From NCBI GenBank assembly GCA_963662795.1, contig OY759746.1, forward strand, positions 2,624,001-2,688,000: a stretch of 64,000 nt of DNA. Direction: 5' to 3'. Made by a program: the position numbers and the translations under genes. Below the pieces are notes generated by a model that made no database searches, was not told the origin of the DNA, and was given only the letters and a program-made list of their open reading frames with translations. This document shows positions 27,354-37,190 of this stretch, in pieces (position 1 is the first letter of the stretch; each line of letters begins with the position of its first letter). Source of the DNA: Spirochaetia bacterium. GTDB taxonomy: Bacteria; Spirochaetota; Spirochaetia; CADAEX01.

Positions 27354-28247
27354 ATGGATGATAAAAAAAAGGCAAAACAGATTGTAATTATAAGCGGCAA
27401 GGGCGGAACAGGCAAGACAAGCATTACCGCATCCTTTGCCGCATTGAGCAGGGATTCTGTCCTTGCAGACTGCGATGTAGATGCTGCGGACCTTCATCTT
27501 GTAACATCGCCCCGCAGAATTGCCGTAAACAGCTTTATAAGCGGAAATGAGGCGGTAATAAACCCCGATATCTGCACCGGGTGCGGCCGGTGCGCGGATC
27601 TGTGCCGGTTCGATGCAATTTCAAGGGATGAAACGACAGGCGGATATTTTGTTCTTCCTGTCTCCTGCGAGGGGTGCGGTGTATGCGTTGACAACTGCCC
27701 TGCCGGTGCTGTTGATTTTCCTGAAAGAAGGTGCGGAGAGTGGATGATATCGGAAACAAAATACGGTACAATGGTTCATTCGCGCCTTGATGCCGGCGCG
27801 GAAAATTCGGGAAAACTTGTCACGCTTGTAAGAAATGAAGCAGTAACTGCTGCTGAAAGGGAAAGCGCGGATTTGATTCTTATAGACGGACCTCCGGGTA
27901 TCGGCTGCCCTGTAATTGCATCTCTTACAGGCACAGATTATATCCTTGCTGTTACAGAACCTACCATGTCCGGCCGCCACGATCTTATGAGGGTGCTTGA
28001 TCTTTCAGGGCATTTTAATATACCTGTTTTTGTCTGTATAAATAAATGGGATATAAATCCTGAAATTACGATGGATATTGAAAAACTTTCAGCGGAAAAA
28101 AATGCGGAAATTCTGGGACGGATACCGTACGATATGAATATTACACTGGCCCAGATTAAAGGCATAAGCGCTGTAGAAATAACAGAGAGTATTGCGGCAA
28201 AGGAGATAATAGCAATATGGAAGAAACTAAAACAGAAAATTCTGTAA
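27354..28247 (+). CDS. MinD-superfamily P-loop ATPase with 2x[4Fe-4S] insert (second paralog)
   Basis: SGKGGTGKTS, DCDVDAADL, CTGCGRC, CEGCGVC, ENSGKLV, DGPPGIGCP. Confidence 0.9.
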   Translation: MDDKKKAKQIVIISGKGGTGKTSITASFAALSRDSVLADCDVDAADLHLVTSPRRIAVNSFISGNEAVINPDICTGCGRCADLCRFDAISRDETTGGYFVLPVSCEGCGVCVDNCPAGAVDFPERRCGEWMISETKYGTMVHSRLDAGAENSGKLVTLVRNEAVTAAERESADLILIDGPPGIGCPVIASLTGTDYILAVTEPTMSGRHDLMRVLDLSGHFNIPVFVCINKWDINPEITMDIEKLSAEKNAEILGRIPYDMNITLAQIKGISAVEITESIAAKEIIAIWKKLKQKIL

Positions 28248-29029
28248 TTGATGAAAGACTTTCAAAAGTCAAAAACAAGATAGTGGTGCTATCCGGGAAA
28301 GGGGGAGTCGGCAAAAGCACTTTTGCGGTAAATTTTGCATCCTCCCTTGTTCAGGAAGGATTTACTGTCGGGCTTCTGGATGCGGATATTCACGGCCCGA
28401 GCATTCCCACAATGCTTGGAATAAGGGATGAACAGGCTATGGCCAGGGATGGTGTAATTAGCCCTGTAAACGTTGACGGAATAAGGGTAATGTCAATCGG
28501 TTTTCTTTTAAGCGGGCAGGATGACCCTGTTATCTGGAGAGGCCCGATGAAAATGAATATCATAAAACAGTTCCTGCAGGATGTTGACTGGGGAGAGCTT
28601 GATTATCTTATTGTTGACTGTCCCCCGGGCACGGGTGACGAGCCGCTGTCTGTTTTTCAGCTTATCGGCGATGTAACAGGAGCAGTTATTGTGACAACAC
28701 CCCAGGAGGTCGCAGCCTCTGACGTAAGAAAGTCGGTCAATTTCTGCCTGCGGCTTGACCTTGATGTGCTAGGTATTGTGGAAAACATGAGCGGTTTTGC
28801 ATGTCCCCATTGCGGGAAGGTTACAGATATCTTTAAAAAAGGGGGCGGGAAGGTTATGGCGGATAAATTTCATGTTCCTTTTCTCGGTTCAATTCCAATA
28901 GACCCTTCCATTGGAATCTCGGGCGATGAAGGGACCCCTTTTGTAACCAGATTTGCAGGTTCGCCTTCACATCAGTCATTCGGTGAAATTGTGAATATGC
29001 TGAATAAATCAGATAAAATAAAAAAATAA
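28217..29029 (+). CDS. mrp: Mrp/NBP35 (ApbC) Fe-S carrier ATPase
   Basis: SGKGGVGKST, DADIHGPS, IWRGP, DCPPGTGD, ENMSGFACPHC. Confidence 0.92.
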   Translation: MEETKTENSVIDERLSKVKNKIVVLSGKGGVGKSTFAVNFASSLVQEGFTVGLLDADIHGPSIPTMLGIRDEQAMARDGVISPVNVDGIRVMSIGFLLSGQDDPVIWRGPMKMNIIKQFLQDVDWGELDYLIVDCPPGTGDEPLSVFQLIGDVTGAVIVTTPQEVAASDVRKSVNFCLRLDLDVLGIVENMSGFACPHCGKVTDIFKKGGGKVMADKFHVPFLGSIPIDPSIGISGDEGTPFVTRFAGSPSHQSFGEIVNMLNKSDKIKK

Positions 29030-29048
29030 TGAATGGAGGAAATGAAAG

Positions 29049-29387
29049 ATGAAAATAGCTTTGCCGGTTTCCAACGGTATGCTTTGCATGCACTTCGGTC
29101 ATTGTGAAACATTCGCAATAGTTGAAGTAGATGAGAATAATTCTGTAATAAAGGGAAGGGAAGATGTTGTTCCCCCTCCGCATGAACCCGGGCTTCTTCC
29201 CAGATGGCTTGCGGAAAAAAAGGTTGATATGATTGTATCAGGCGGCATGGGGCAGAGGGCTCAGTCTCTTTTTTCAGAAAACGGAATAAAAGTCGTAATC
29301 GGCGCTCCTCCCGAGAGTCCTGAAAAAATTATTGATCAGTTTCTTAAAGGGACTCTTGTTACCGGTGCAAATGTCTGCGACCATTAA
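29049..29387 (+). CDS. NifB/NifX-family protein
   Basis: HFGHC, PPHEPGLLP, GGMGQRA, C-terminal NVCDH. Confidence 0.88.
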   Translation: MKIALPVSNGMLCMHFGHCETFAIVEVDENNSVIKGREDVVPPPHEPGLLPRWLAEKKVDMIVSGGMGQRAQSLFSENGIKVVIGAPPESPEKIIDQFLKGTLVTGANVCDH

Positions 29388-29416
29388 TGTTAATATAAAC
29401 TGAAATTTGTTTATTC

Positions 29417-29446
29417 AAACCCGGCGGCAGGTCTGCCGGGTTTTTT
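29417..29446 (+). terminator. Rho-independent terminator
   Basis: AAACCCGGCGG...CTGCCGGGTTTTTT. Confidence 0.75.
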
Positions 29447-29448
29447 CA

Positions 29449-30618
29449 TCAGGTGTCGTATTTTATTCTGTCTGCAAGTTTTAAAATTTCAACCTGGCTT
29501 AACGGCCTTGTTATCTGGATTTTTTTATTCTGCGTAAGGTCAACAATAACGCTGTCTGTAAGTATAGTCCCATCTTCTGAAGTAAGTACTTTTATCACAG
29601 GTTCTTTCGGGTTTGCTGTATTTGTTTTTGTTACAACAGCAATGGAATTATTTGAAAGAAGTACCTTGGTTCCTATGGGATAGAAAGAAAGGGTGAAAAT
29701 CAGGGCTCTGACGATTTTATCGTCATACTGCTTACCCATCTCTTTCAGAATGTCAAGTATTCCGGCGTGCGCGTCCTTGCTGCCTTTAAACGGCCTTTTT
29801 TCTATGGCAGCACAGTATGAACTGATTACAGCAATTATTTTTCCATAGAAAGATATCTGATCACCTTGTAACTTCCTGGGGTATCCTGCCCCATTGTTCC
29901 TTTCCTGGTGTTCAAGAACTGCAATTGAGACCGCCGGCGGAAATGAAGCTTCCTGAAGTATTTTATAGCCGAGTATGGGATATGCCCTTATTGCTTTCCA
30001 TTCACTTTCCTTCAGTCCGCCGGGATTTGTAAGTATTGAATCCGGAATTTTCAGCATGCCGATTTTATGTGTCAGCGCTGCAGTTCCAAGTTCGATAGTT
30101 TTGTGGGGCGGAAGCTTAAGAAAATCAGCGAGGGCTATGCTTACAATTGCTGTTTTCACAGAATGGGATATAAGGTAATTATGTTCCGTAACTTTCAGGT
30201 TTGACATATCAAGTATGAAATTTCTCTTTTCCCTGATAAACGGAATTATTTTTTTTATCTGTTCAATTATATGATTATAGCTGATTATTTCCTTGTTCCT
30301 GTAAATGTCGAATGTGTTTTCAAGAAAACCGCAGATTTCCCTGAAAAATAACTGGGCTTCATTTCTTATCTCCTGACTTGCAAGATCATCGTTCAGATTT
30401 GCAGCCTTGACTCCCGCCTCTTCAATATCCGGCATGAGAGGCTGGCTTCCCGGTTCACCGTCAGTTAATACGCTTGCAAACTGCCATTTTTCCAGTTTTT
30501 CAATCAGCTGTGCTGTAACAGGGATATCGGGCGCGGTAATTATATATTTATCATCAAGATAAAGAGGTGCCGTATAATAGCTGTCCGGTTTTATCTGTTT
30601 AATAGTCAGAGATTTCAT
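29449..30618 (-). CDS. HD-GYP domain protein with degenerate HD motif
   Basis: HSVKTA, THKIG (in place of HDIG), HQERNNGAGYP, ISSYCA (in place of ADxYDA). Confidence 0.8.
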   Translation of the reverse strand: MKSLTIKQIKPDSYYTAPLYLDDKYIITAPDIPVTAQLIEKLEKWQFASVLTDGEPGSQPLMPDIEEAGVKAANLNDDLASQEIRNEAQLFFREICGFLENTFDIYRNKEIISYNHIIEQIKKIIPFIREKRNFILDMSNLKVTEHNYLISHSVKTAIVSIALADFLKLPPHKTIELGTAALTHKIGMLKIPDSILTNPGGLKESEWKAIRAYPILGYKILQEASFPPAVSIAVLEHQERNNGAGYPRKLQGDQISFYGKIIAVISSYCAAIEKRPFKGSKDAHAGILDILKEMGKQYDDKIVRALIFTLSFYPIGTKVLLSNNSIAVVTKTNTANPKEPVIKVLTSEDGTILTDSVIVDLTQNKKIQITRPLSQVEILKLADRIKYDT

Positions 30619-30695
30619 AACTCATTATAATCCATATTTTAATTATATATTTTTTAGTATACTATACCAGTTATATTTATTATTGGAGTTTTTTC

Positions 30696-31493
30696 TTGAA
30701 ATATAAGCTAATTATACTGTTTTTCAATTTTTTTATGCTTTTTTCGTTTCTCGCGATCTTTTTTCTGCCGGTAAGCGTACTTGGATTTGAGTTTATCAGC
30801 GATTTCTGGGGAAAAAACTGGATATTTCTTATTATTTTTCTGCTGCTTATAATTTCGCTTAATGTGTTTTTCCTTGCCAACTGGTCAATACTGAAATATG
30901 TAGAAAAAGAGGACTGGAATTCCCTTATCCCGCTGCTTGAAAAGAGGATTTATAAAAATAATTTTATTACATATTCAAATGTAAGGCTCCTTGTGCATGC
31001 CTGTCTGCTCCGAAACAGCGGGGAGAGTCTCCTTAAGCTTGAAAATCATGTCAGGGATAAAAGAAAAAACCTTTACAGTAAAACATTTCTCATGTTTTCA
31101 TCCGGACATCTTTTAACTGATAAACCGGAAGTACTTGAAAAATATTTTGAAACAGCCTACAGGGATAAATCCCTTAAGGGGCAGGAGTGGATAGCTGTCA
31201 AATATGTACTTGCACTTGTAATAATAAATAAATATGACAAGGCCCTTGAAGTGCTTAAAGCAACTGAAGGAAAAAACAATTCGCCAGTTCTGACTCTTTG
31301 CAGAATCTACTTTACCTTTCTCTGCAGCCCGCCGGAAGAAAGGGACAGGATACTCGCGGCAAAAGATGATTTTATTTCAATAAATAACGCTAACAGCTTT
31401 GAGGCTGCCCTTGATAAAGAAAAGGGAGATATACATGTTCTTTTCCTTTCAAAGATTATAGAGCAGGCAAAAGAATGGGCTTATGGCATTTGA
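30696..31493 (+). CDS. Hypothetical membrane protein (two N-terminal TMs, helical-repeat-like C-terminus)
   Basis: 265-aa ORF with a hydrophobic N-terminus. Confidence 0.65.
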   Translation: MKYKLIILFFNFFMLFSFLAIFFLPVSVLGFEFISDFWGKNWIFLIIFLLLIISLNVFFLANWSILKYVEKEDWNSLIPLLEKRIYKNNFITYSNVRLLVHACLLRNSGESLLKLENHVRDKRKNLYSKTFLMFSSGHLLTDKPEVLEKYFETAYRDKSLKGQEWIAVKYVLALVIINKYDKALEVLKATEGKNNSPVLTLCRIYFTFLCSPPEERDRILAAKDDFISINNANSFEAALDKEKGDIHVLFLSKIIEQAKEWAYGI

Positions 31494-31599
31494 CAGTACA
31501 AACAGAGATATTGACCATACTTCAAGAGCGCATTCTTGACCCTTAATTCTTTAATTTACTATAATGGCTTATTAATTTAACTAAACTACGGAGTATCAG

Positions 31600-33081
31600 A
31601 TGGGTGTCAGAGTAAGATACGCCCCTTCACCGACAGGGCTTCAGCATATCGGCGGTATCAGAACAGCATTGTTCAACTATTTTTTTGCAAAATCCAAAGG
31701 CGGTGACTTTATTCTCAGAATTGAGGATACAGACAGGGAAAGGTTCCAGGAAGAGGCCTTGCAGGATCTTTATTCCACACTCAACTGGCTTGGAATTGAC
31801 TGGGATGAAGGGCCGGACAGAAACGGCAATTACGGCCCCTACGTGCAGTCGCAGAGGACAGAGCTTTACAGGGAATATGCCAGGCGTCTTGTGGAAAGCG
31901 GGCATGCCTACTACTGCTACTGCTCTTCTGAAAGACTGGATGATCTGCGGGAAAAACAGAAAAAAGATAAAGAAGATTTCGGTTATGACCGGAAGTGCAG
32001 AAATCTGTCTGATGCGGAAATAAGCAGATGCAAGCATGACAACATAAAGCCTGTTATCAGACTTAAAATTCCTCTGGAAGGTGAAACAGTTTTTACTGAT
32101 TACCTTCTCGGAGATATTATCAAAAAAAACAGCGATATAAATCCCGATCCTGTACTGCTTAAATCAGACGGATACCCGACCTATCACCTTGCAAATGTAA
32201 TTGATGACCATTTTATGAATATTACCCATATCTTAAGGGCTCAGGAGTGGATTCCGTCCGGCTCACTGCATGTTCTTCTCTATAAGGCGTTCGGCTGGAA
32301 GCCCCCGGTTTACTGCCATCTTCCGATGGTTATGGGAAGCGACGGACAGAAGCTTTCAAAAAGGCACGGATCAACTGCAGTACGCGATTTTATGGCAAAA
32401 GGGTATCTCCCCGAGGCAGTATTAAATTATGTTTCACTGATCGGCTGGTCTTTTGATGATTCCCGCGAATTCTTCACAAAAGAGGAACTTGAAAAACTTT
32501 TTACACTTGAGAAACTTAATAAAGCTCCCGGTGTATTTGATTACAAAAAACTCGAATGGTTTAACGGAAACTATATAAGACAAAAAAGCGATGAACAGCT
32601 TGGGCAAATGCTGACTCCCTATCTCGCAAGGGCCGGCTTTGTGGGAGAAAATCCATCTCCGGAAGAACTTAAAATTATTGAGGGTCTGGTTCCCCTTGTA
32701 AAGGAAAGGCTTAAAGTTCTTTCTGATATAAAAGACATTTCAGCATTTTTATTCAGGGAGATTGATGAATATAACATCGAAGATCTGATTCCCAAAAAAC
32801 TTGATGCTGCAAAAACCGTGGAAATACTTGAAATTATAAAATCTGTTCTGGAAGAAATATTTGAAAACAATGAGGAAAAAACTGAAGAGCTTTTCAAGAA
32901 ACTTTCAGGGAAGCTGAATGTAAAGCTTGGAGACCTGATCATGCCGCTGCGTACTGCTGTAACAGGCAGCAGGGTCTCTCCTCCCATAACAGGTTCACTG
33001 AAACTTCTTGGAATGGAAAAAACTGCGGCCCGCATTAACAGGGTTCTTGATATTTTAAAAAATGAGGTAGTAAATGGCTGA
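31600..33081 (+). CDS. gltX: Glutamate--tRNA ligase
   Basis: RYAPSPTG.QHIGG, LRIEDTD, YHLANVIDD, KLSKR. Confidence 0.97.
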   Translation: MGVRVRYAPSPTGLQHIGGIRTALFNYFFAKSKGGDFILRIEDTDRERFQEEALQDLYSTLNWLGIDWDEGPDRNGNYGPYVQSQRTELYREYARRLVESGHAYYCYCSSERLDDLREKQKKDKEDFGYDRKCRNLSDAEISRCKHDNIKPVIRLKIPLEGETVFTDYLLGDIIKKNSDINPDPVLLKSDGYPTYHLANVIDDHFMNITHILRAQEWIPSGSLHVLLYKAFGWKPPVYCHLPMVMGSDGQKLSKRHGSTAVRDFMAKGYLPEAVLNYVSLIGWSFDDSREFFTKEELEKLFTLEKLNKAPGVFDYKKLEWFNGNYIRQKSDEQLGQMLTPYLARAGFVGENPSPEELKIIEGLVPLVKERLKVLSDIKDISAFLFREIDEYNIEDLIPKKLDAAKTVEILEIIKSVLEEIFENNEEKTEELFKKLSGKLNVKLGDLIMPLRTAVTGSRVSPPITGSLKLLGMEKTAARINRVLDILKNEVVNG

Positions 33082-34411
33082 AAAACTTACAATGGACACC
33101 CTTGTATCTTTATGCAAGAGGAGAGGATTTGTTTATCAATCAAGCGACATCTATGGAGGACTCTCTTCCGCATGGGATTACGGACCTCTAGGGGTAGAGC
33201 TTAAAAAGAACATACAGGAATTCTGGTGGAAAGAGATGACACGGCTCCACGATAATATTGTGGGAATTGATGCCGCAATAATGATGCATCCCAGGGTATG
33301 GGAAGCATCGGGCCATGTCGAGAATTTTACAGACCCTCTGGTAGACTGTAAAAACTGCAGACAGAGATTCAGGGAGGATAAAATTCCTGATGAAAACAGG
33401 ATAGCGAAGAAATGTCCCGACTGCGGAGGCGATCTAACAGATCCAAGGCAGTTTAACCTGATGTTCAAGACTTATATGGGCCCGGTTGAGGAAGGGGGTA
33501 ACCTTGTCTACCTCCGTCCGGAGACTGCACAGGGAATTTATGTCAATTTTAAAAATGTACTCCAGACAAGCAGGGTAAAAATACCTTTTGGAATAGCGCA
33601 GGTAGGAAAAGCATTCAGGAATGAGATAACGACAAAAAACTTTATATTCAGGACCTGTGAATTCGAGCAGATGGAGATGCAGTTTTTTATCGCTCCTGAA
33701 GAAGATGACAAATGGTTTGAATACTGGAAAAAAGAGCGATGGGAATACTACAAAAAAATTGGAATCAGGCAGGATAAACTCCGTTTCCATCAGCATGGCC
33801 CCGGAGAACTTGCACACTATGCAAAGGATGCCTACGATATTGAATACGAGTTCCCGATGGGATGGCAGGAACTGGAAGGGATACACAACAGGACCAACTA
33901 CGACCTTACAAGGCATACGGAATTTTCAGGCAAAGACCAGTCATACCTTGAAGAGGTGACAAACAGAAGATTTATTCCTTTTGTAATTGAAACTTCAGCA
34001 GGGCTTACAAGGACAGTTCTTACAGTACTTTCAGATGCCTGGGAAGAAGAGGTTGTCGCTGAGGGGGACTCCCGAGTGGTAATGCATTTTCACCCGCTGC
34101 TAGCTCCTGTAAAACTCGGCGTTTTCCCGCTTGTGAAGAAAGACGGCCTTGCGGAACTCGCACAGAAAATAGAACTTGATCTGAGGGGTAATTTTGCGAC
34201 CTTTTATGATCAGGGCGGGGCGATCGGCCGGCGCTACAGGCGGCAGGATGAAATAGGCACTCCCTACTGCGTGACAATTGACTATCAGACAAAGGATGAT
34301 GATACAGTAACTTTGAGATACAGGGATTCAATGGAACAGGTGAGAATAAAAATAGCAGAGATATCTGATTTTATAGCAAAGGCAGACAGCGAATACAGGA
34401 GAGAGAAATAA
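33074..34411 (+). CDS. glyQS: Glycine--tRNA ligase (homodimeric type)
   Basis: CKRRGF, YLRPETAQG, FRNEIT, EFEQME, IGRRYRRQDEIGTP. Confidence 0.96.
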   Translation: MAEKLTMDTLVSLCKRRGFVYQSSDIYGGLSSAWDYGPLGVELKKNIQEFWWKEMTRLHDNIVGIDAAIMMHPRVWEASGHVENFTDPLVDCKNCRQRFREDKIPDENRIAKKCPDCGGDLTDPRQFNLMFKTYMGPVEEGGNLVYLRPETAQGIYVNFKNVLQTSRVKIPFGIAQVGKAFRNEITTKNFIFRTCEFEQMEMQFFIAPEEDDKWFEYWKKERWEYYKKIGIRQDKLRFHQHGPGELAHYAKDAYDIEYEFPMGWQELEGIHNRTNYDLTRHTEFSGKDQSYLEEVTNRRFIPFVIETSAGLTRTVLTVLSDAWEEEVVAEGDSRVVMHFHPLLAPVKLGVFPLVKKDGLAELAQKIELDLRGNFATFYDQGGAIGRRYRRQDEIGTPYCVTIDYQTKDDDTVTLRYRDSMEQVRIKIAEISDFIAKADSEYRREK

Positions 34412-35643
34412 TGAATCAGGCTTTGGCGACACTTAATGAAAGAGGTTTTATAAAACAGTGTACAGACCTCGATTTACTTGATAAAAAGCTTACTGAAGAA
34501 GTGCTTACCTTCTACTGCGGTTTTGACCCAACAGGGCCAAGCCTTCACGCCGGGCACCTGGTCCCCCTTTTCGCGATGGCGCACCTTAACAGGGCAGGGC
34601 ACAGGGCTATAGCGCTTGTTGGAGGGGGGACCGCGAGAATAGGCGACCCTTCCGGTAAAACAGAAATGAGAAAAATTCTCTCCTACGAAGAGATTAAATC
34701 CAATGCGGATAAAATCAGGGAGCAGATCGCAAGGTTTATTGATTTCAGCGATGACCACTCTCTTCTTCTTGATAACGCCGAGTGGCTTGCAAACCTTAAC
34801 TACATAGATTTTCTGCGTGAGATAGGGCGTCATTTTTCTGTAAACCGGATGCTCAGTTTTGAAGCCTACAAGCAAAGGCTTGAAACCGGCCTTTCATTTA
34901 TTGAATTCAATTATCAGCTTCTTCAGTCCTATGATTTTTTAATACTTAACAGGAAATACGGATGCGGTATGCAGATCGGAGGGGATGATCAGTGGGGCAA
35001 TATTGTAGCCGGCGCAGACCTTACAAGAAGAATTGAAGGAAATGAGGTAATTGGCCTTACTTTCCCTCTGGTTACCAGGTCTGACGGTAAGAAGATGGGT
35101 AAAACTGAAAAAGGAGCCCTTTTCCTTAATCCTGAAATGACATCGGTATATGATTTTTTCCAGTACTGGAGGAATGTTGCTGATGCTGATGTAGAAAAGT
35201 TCCTCTTTCTCTATACTTTTTTACCGGCTGAAGAAATCAGGGAGCTTGGGAAACTTAAGGATCAGGAAATCAACAGGGCGAAAGAGGTCCTTGCATACGA
35301 GATAACAAAAATAATACATGGAAAGGAAGAAGCTGACGGAGCACTTGAAGCCGCAAAAGCTGCTTTCGGCGGATCTGACAGCGCGGATAAATCCTCGATA
35401 CCATCTCTTGAACTTCCCGCAGATGAGATCGGGGGGGGGATCAATGTAGTTGATCTTTTTGCCCGCACTTCACTGTGCCAGTCAAAGGGAGAGGCAAGGC
35501 GCCTTGTCCAGCAGGGCGGTGCAATAGTCTCTGAAGAAAAAATATCCGACCTTGATGCAGTAATTGGTTCATCCTATATCAGGGACGGAGAGATTATGCT
35601 TAAAGCAGGAAAGAAAAGGTTTTTCAGGCTTATTGTCAAATAG
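34411..35643 (+). CDS. tyrS: Tyrosine--tRNA ligase
   Basis: YCGFDPTGPSLHAGH, QIGGDDQWGNI, KMGKT, C-terminal S4 domain. Confidence 0.97.
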   Translation: MNQALATLNERGFIKQCTDLDLLDKKLTEEVLTFYCGFDPTGPSLHAGHLVPLFAMAHLNRAGHRAIALVGGGTARIGDPSGKTEMRKILSYEEIKSNADKIREQIARFIDFSDDHSLLLDNAEWLANLNYIDFLREIGRHFSVNRMLSFEAYKQRLETGLSFIEFNYQLLQSYDFLILNRKYGCGMQIGGDDQWGNIVAGADLTRRIEGNEVIGLTFPLVTRSDGKKMGKTEKGALFLNPEMTSVYDFFQYWRNVADADVEKFLFLYTFLPAEEIRELGKLKDQEINRAKEVLAYEITKIIHGKEEADGALEAAKAAFGGSDSADKSSIPSLELPADEIGGGINVVDLFARTSLCQSKGEARRLVQQGGAIVSEEKISDLDAVIGSSYIRDGEIMLKAGKKRFFRLIVK

Positions 35644-35664
35644 TCTGCAATACGATCTGCATAG

Positions 35665-35713
35665 AAAGGCATGGCAGCAGACGGGTTTACCCCGGAAAGC
35701 CCTGCCTTTTTTT
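35665..35713 (+). terminator. Probable terminator after tyrS
   Basis: AAAGGCA...TGCCTTT followed by a T run. Confidence 0.55.
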
Positions 35714-35993
35714 ATTGCTCAGTCGGTAAATCCGCTGTATTATCAATTTTTCTGTTTCTGAAATACAGAACAACATCCGCCAGTACCATTAAAAGGTTTA
35801 TTATATAGAATATTATTATAATGTCCCTGCTGTAGAAAATCTTGTTGGCAATACCGGACAGGTATCCGAGAACAATGATAAACATGAAAGGAAGACTTTT
35901 CCCTTTGGCAGTTTTTGATTTCCAGGATTTTATGAGGGATGTAGGCCACGCAGCTCCAAAAGCGATCAGCATTCCAGCTTCAAATATACTCAA
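35712..35993 (-). CDS. PQ-loop/SemiSWEET-like small membrane protein
   Basis: FEAGMLIAFGAAWP...KTAKGKS..F, three TM segments. Confidence 0.7.
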   Translation of the reverse strand: MSIFEAGMLIAFGAAWPTSLIKSWKSKTAKGKSLPFMFIIVLGYLSGIANKIFYSRDIIIIFYIINLLMVLADVVLYFRNRKIDNTADLPTEQ

Positions 35994-36061
35994 TTTTCAT
36001 CTCCTTTAACCGGGCAATATTTTTTTCTGACAAGTTTTATAAAATATATTAATATAGATGT

Positions 36062-37189
36062 ATGCTGGACTTTATTAAAGATCTGTTATCAAGAAATCTA
36101 ATTATTAACGGTGAAAAAATACCATTAACCCTTCAGCAGCTTATACTCAATTTTATAGTACCGCTGCTGATTTTACTTTTTGTATATAAGTTTATTCTGA
36201 AGCTTATTGTCAGAGCGCTTGGCAAATCAAAGCTTAAAGATGGAATCAAAAAGAAAATAACAACTTATATAAGAAACTGTTTCAGGATTATCATAATAAC
36301 CGCGTTTGTGGTTCTTGCCGACAAACTTCTCGGTGATGAGGTTGTAAAATATTTTCTCCTTGTGTTCAGGGTTTTGAATGAGCCGGTATTTGTGGCTGGA
36401 AGTACTTCCATATCAGTTCTTACAATTGTGATGATGATACCTGTTTTCTTTTTCGCTTCCTGGGCGGGAAAACTTGTATCCAAAGTAATTGATACCTCGT
36501 CCATGGATTTATACAGTAATGAAGATTCAAAACGATTTACAATAGCCAGGCTTGTCAGATACGGGGCAACAGTCCTGACTCTTCTTGTCGGGCTGTCAAT
36601 AATAGGCATAGACCTCTCCTCCATAGCGGTTTTATTCGGGGTGCTGGGTATTGGTCTCGGTTTCGGTCTTCAGAACCTTGTCGCAAACCTGTTCGCGGGA
36701 TTTGTTATTGTAATAACAAGGCCGATCAGGGAAGGGGATCTTATTACGGTAGCACAGAACCGTGGTGTAATTACCAAAATAAATACCATTTCTACTGTTG
36801 TAACGACACTAATGAACGAGACAATTATTGTTCCCAATTCACTTCTTATTTCTGATGTCATACACAATGACAGTTATTCGGACAGAAGCGTTATTATCAA
36901 AAACAGCGTTTCTGTAGCTTACAATACCGATGTTGCCCTGGTTAGATCAATCCTTACAGATATTGCTAAAAGAAATCCCTATTGGCTGGAAGGGACCGAA
37001 CCTGATGCGAGGCTTTATAATTTCGGGGACTCAGGAATAGAAATGGTACTCTATTCCACTATAAAGGACGTTTCAAACAGGGGCCTTGCAATAGCCTGGA
37101 ATAATTTTGATATTTGGAAGGAACTCAAGGAGCAGAAAATTGAGATTCCATTCAGTCAGATTGATGTTCATTTAAAGAAAGAGGGATAA
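36062..37189 (+). CDS. MscS-family mechanosensitive channel
   Basis: GIGLGFGLQNLVANLFAG, PIREGD, IIVPNS, FGDSG, IEIPFSQ. Confidence 0.9.
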   Translation: MLDFIKDLLSRNLIINGEKIPLTLQQLILNFIVPLLILLFVYKFILKLIVRALGKSKLKDGIKKKITTYIRNCFRIIIITAFVVLADKLLGDEVVKYFLLVFRVLNEPVFVAGSTSISVLTIVMMIPVFFFASWAGKLVSKVIDTSSMDLYSNEDSKRFTIARLVRYGATVLTLLVGLSIIGIDLSSIAVLFGVLGIGLGFGLQNLVANLFAGFVIVITRPIREGDLITVAQNRGVITKINTISTVVTTLMNETIIVPNSLLISDVIHNDSYSDRSVIIKNSVSVAYNTDVALVRSILTDIAKRNPYWLEGTEPDARLYNFGDSGIEMVLYSTIKDVSNRGLAIAWNNFDIWKELKEQKIEIPFSQIDVHLKKEG

Positions 37190-37190
37190 A

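Noticed and set aside
24360-29387. Nitrogen fixation genes
   Set aside because: NifB/NifX-like domains occur without nifHDK/nifEN; the composition matches ORP-type clusters
31494-31599. T-box leader for the synthetase operon
   Set aside because: The leader is only about 100 bp and lacks the T-box consensus and terminator
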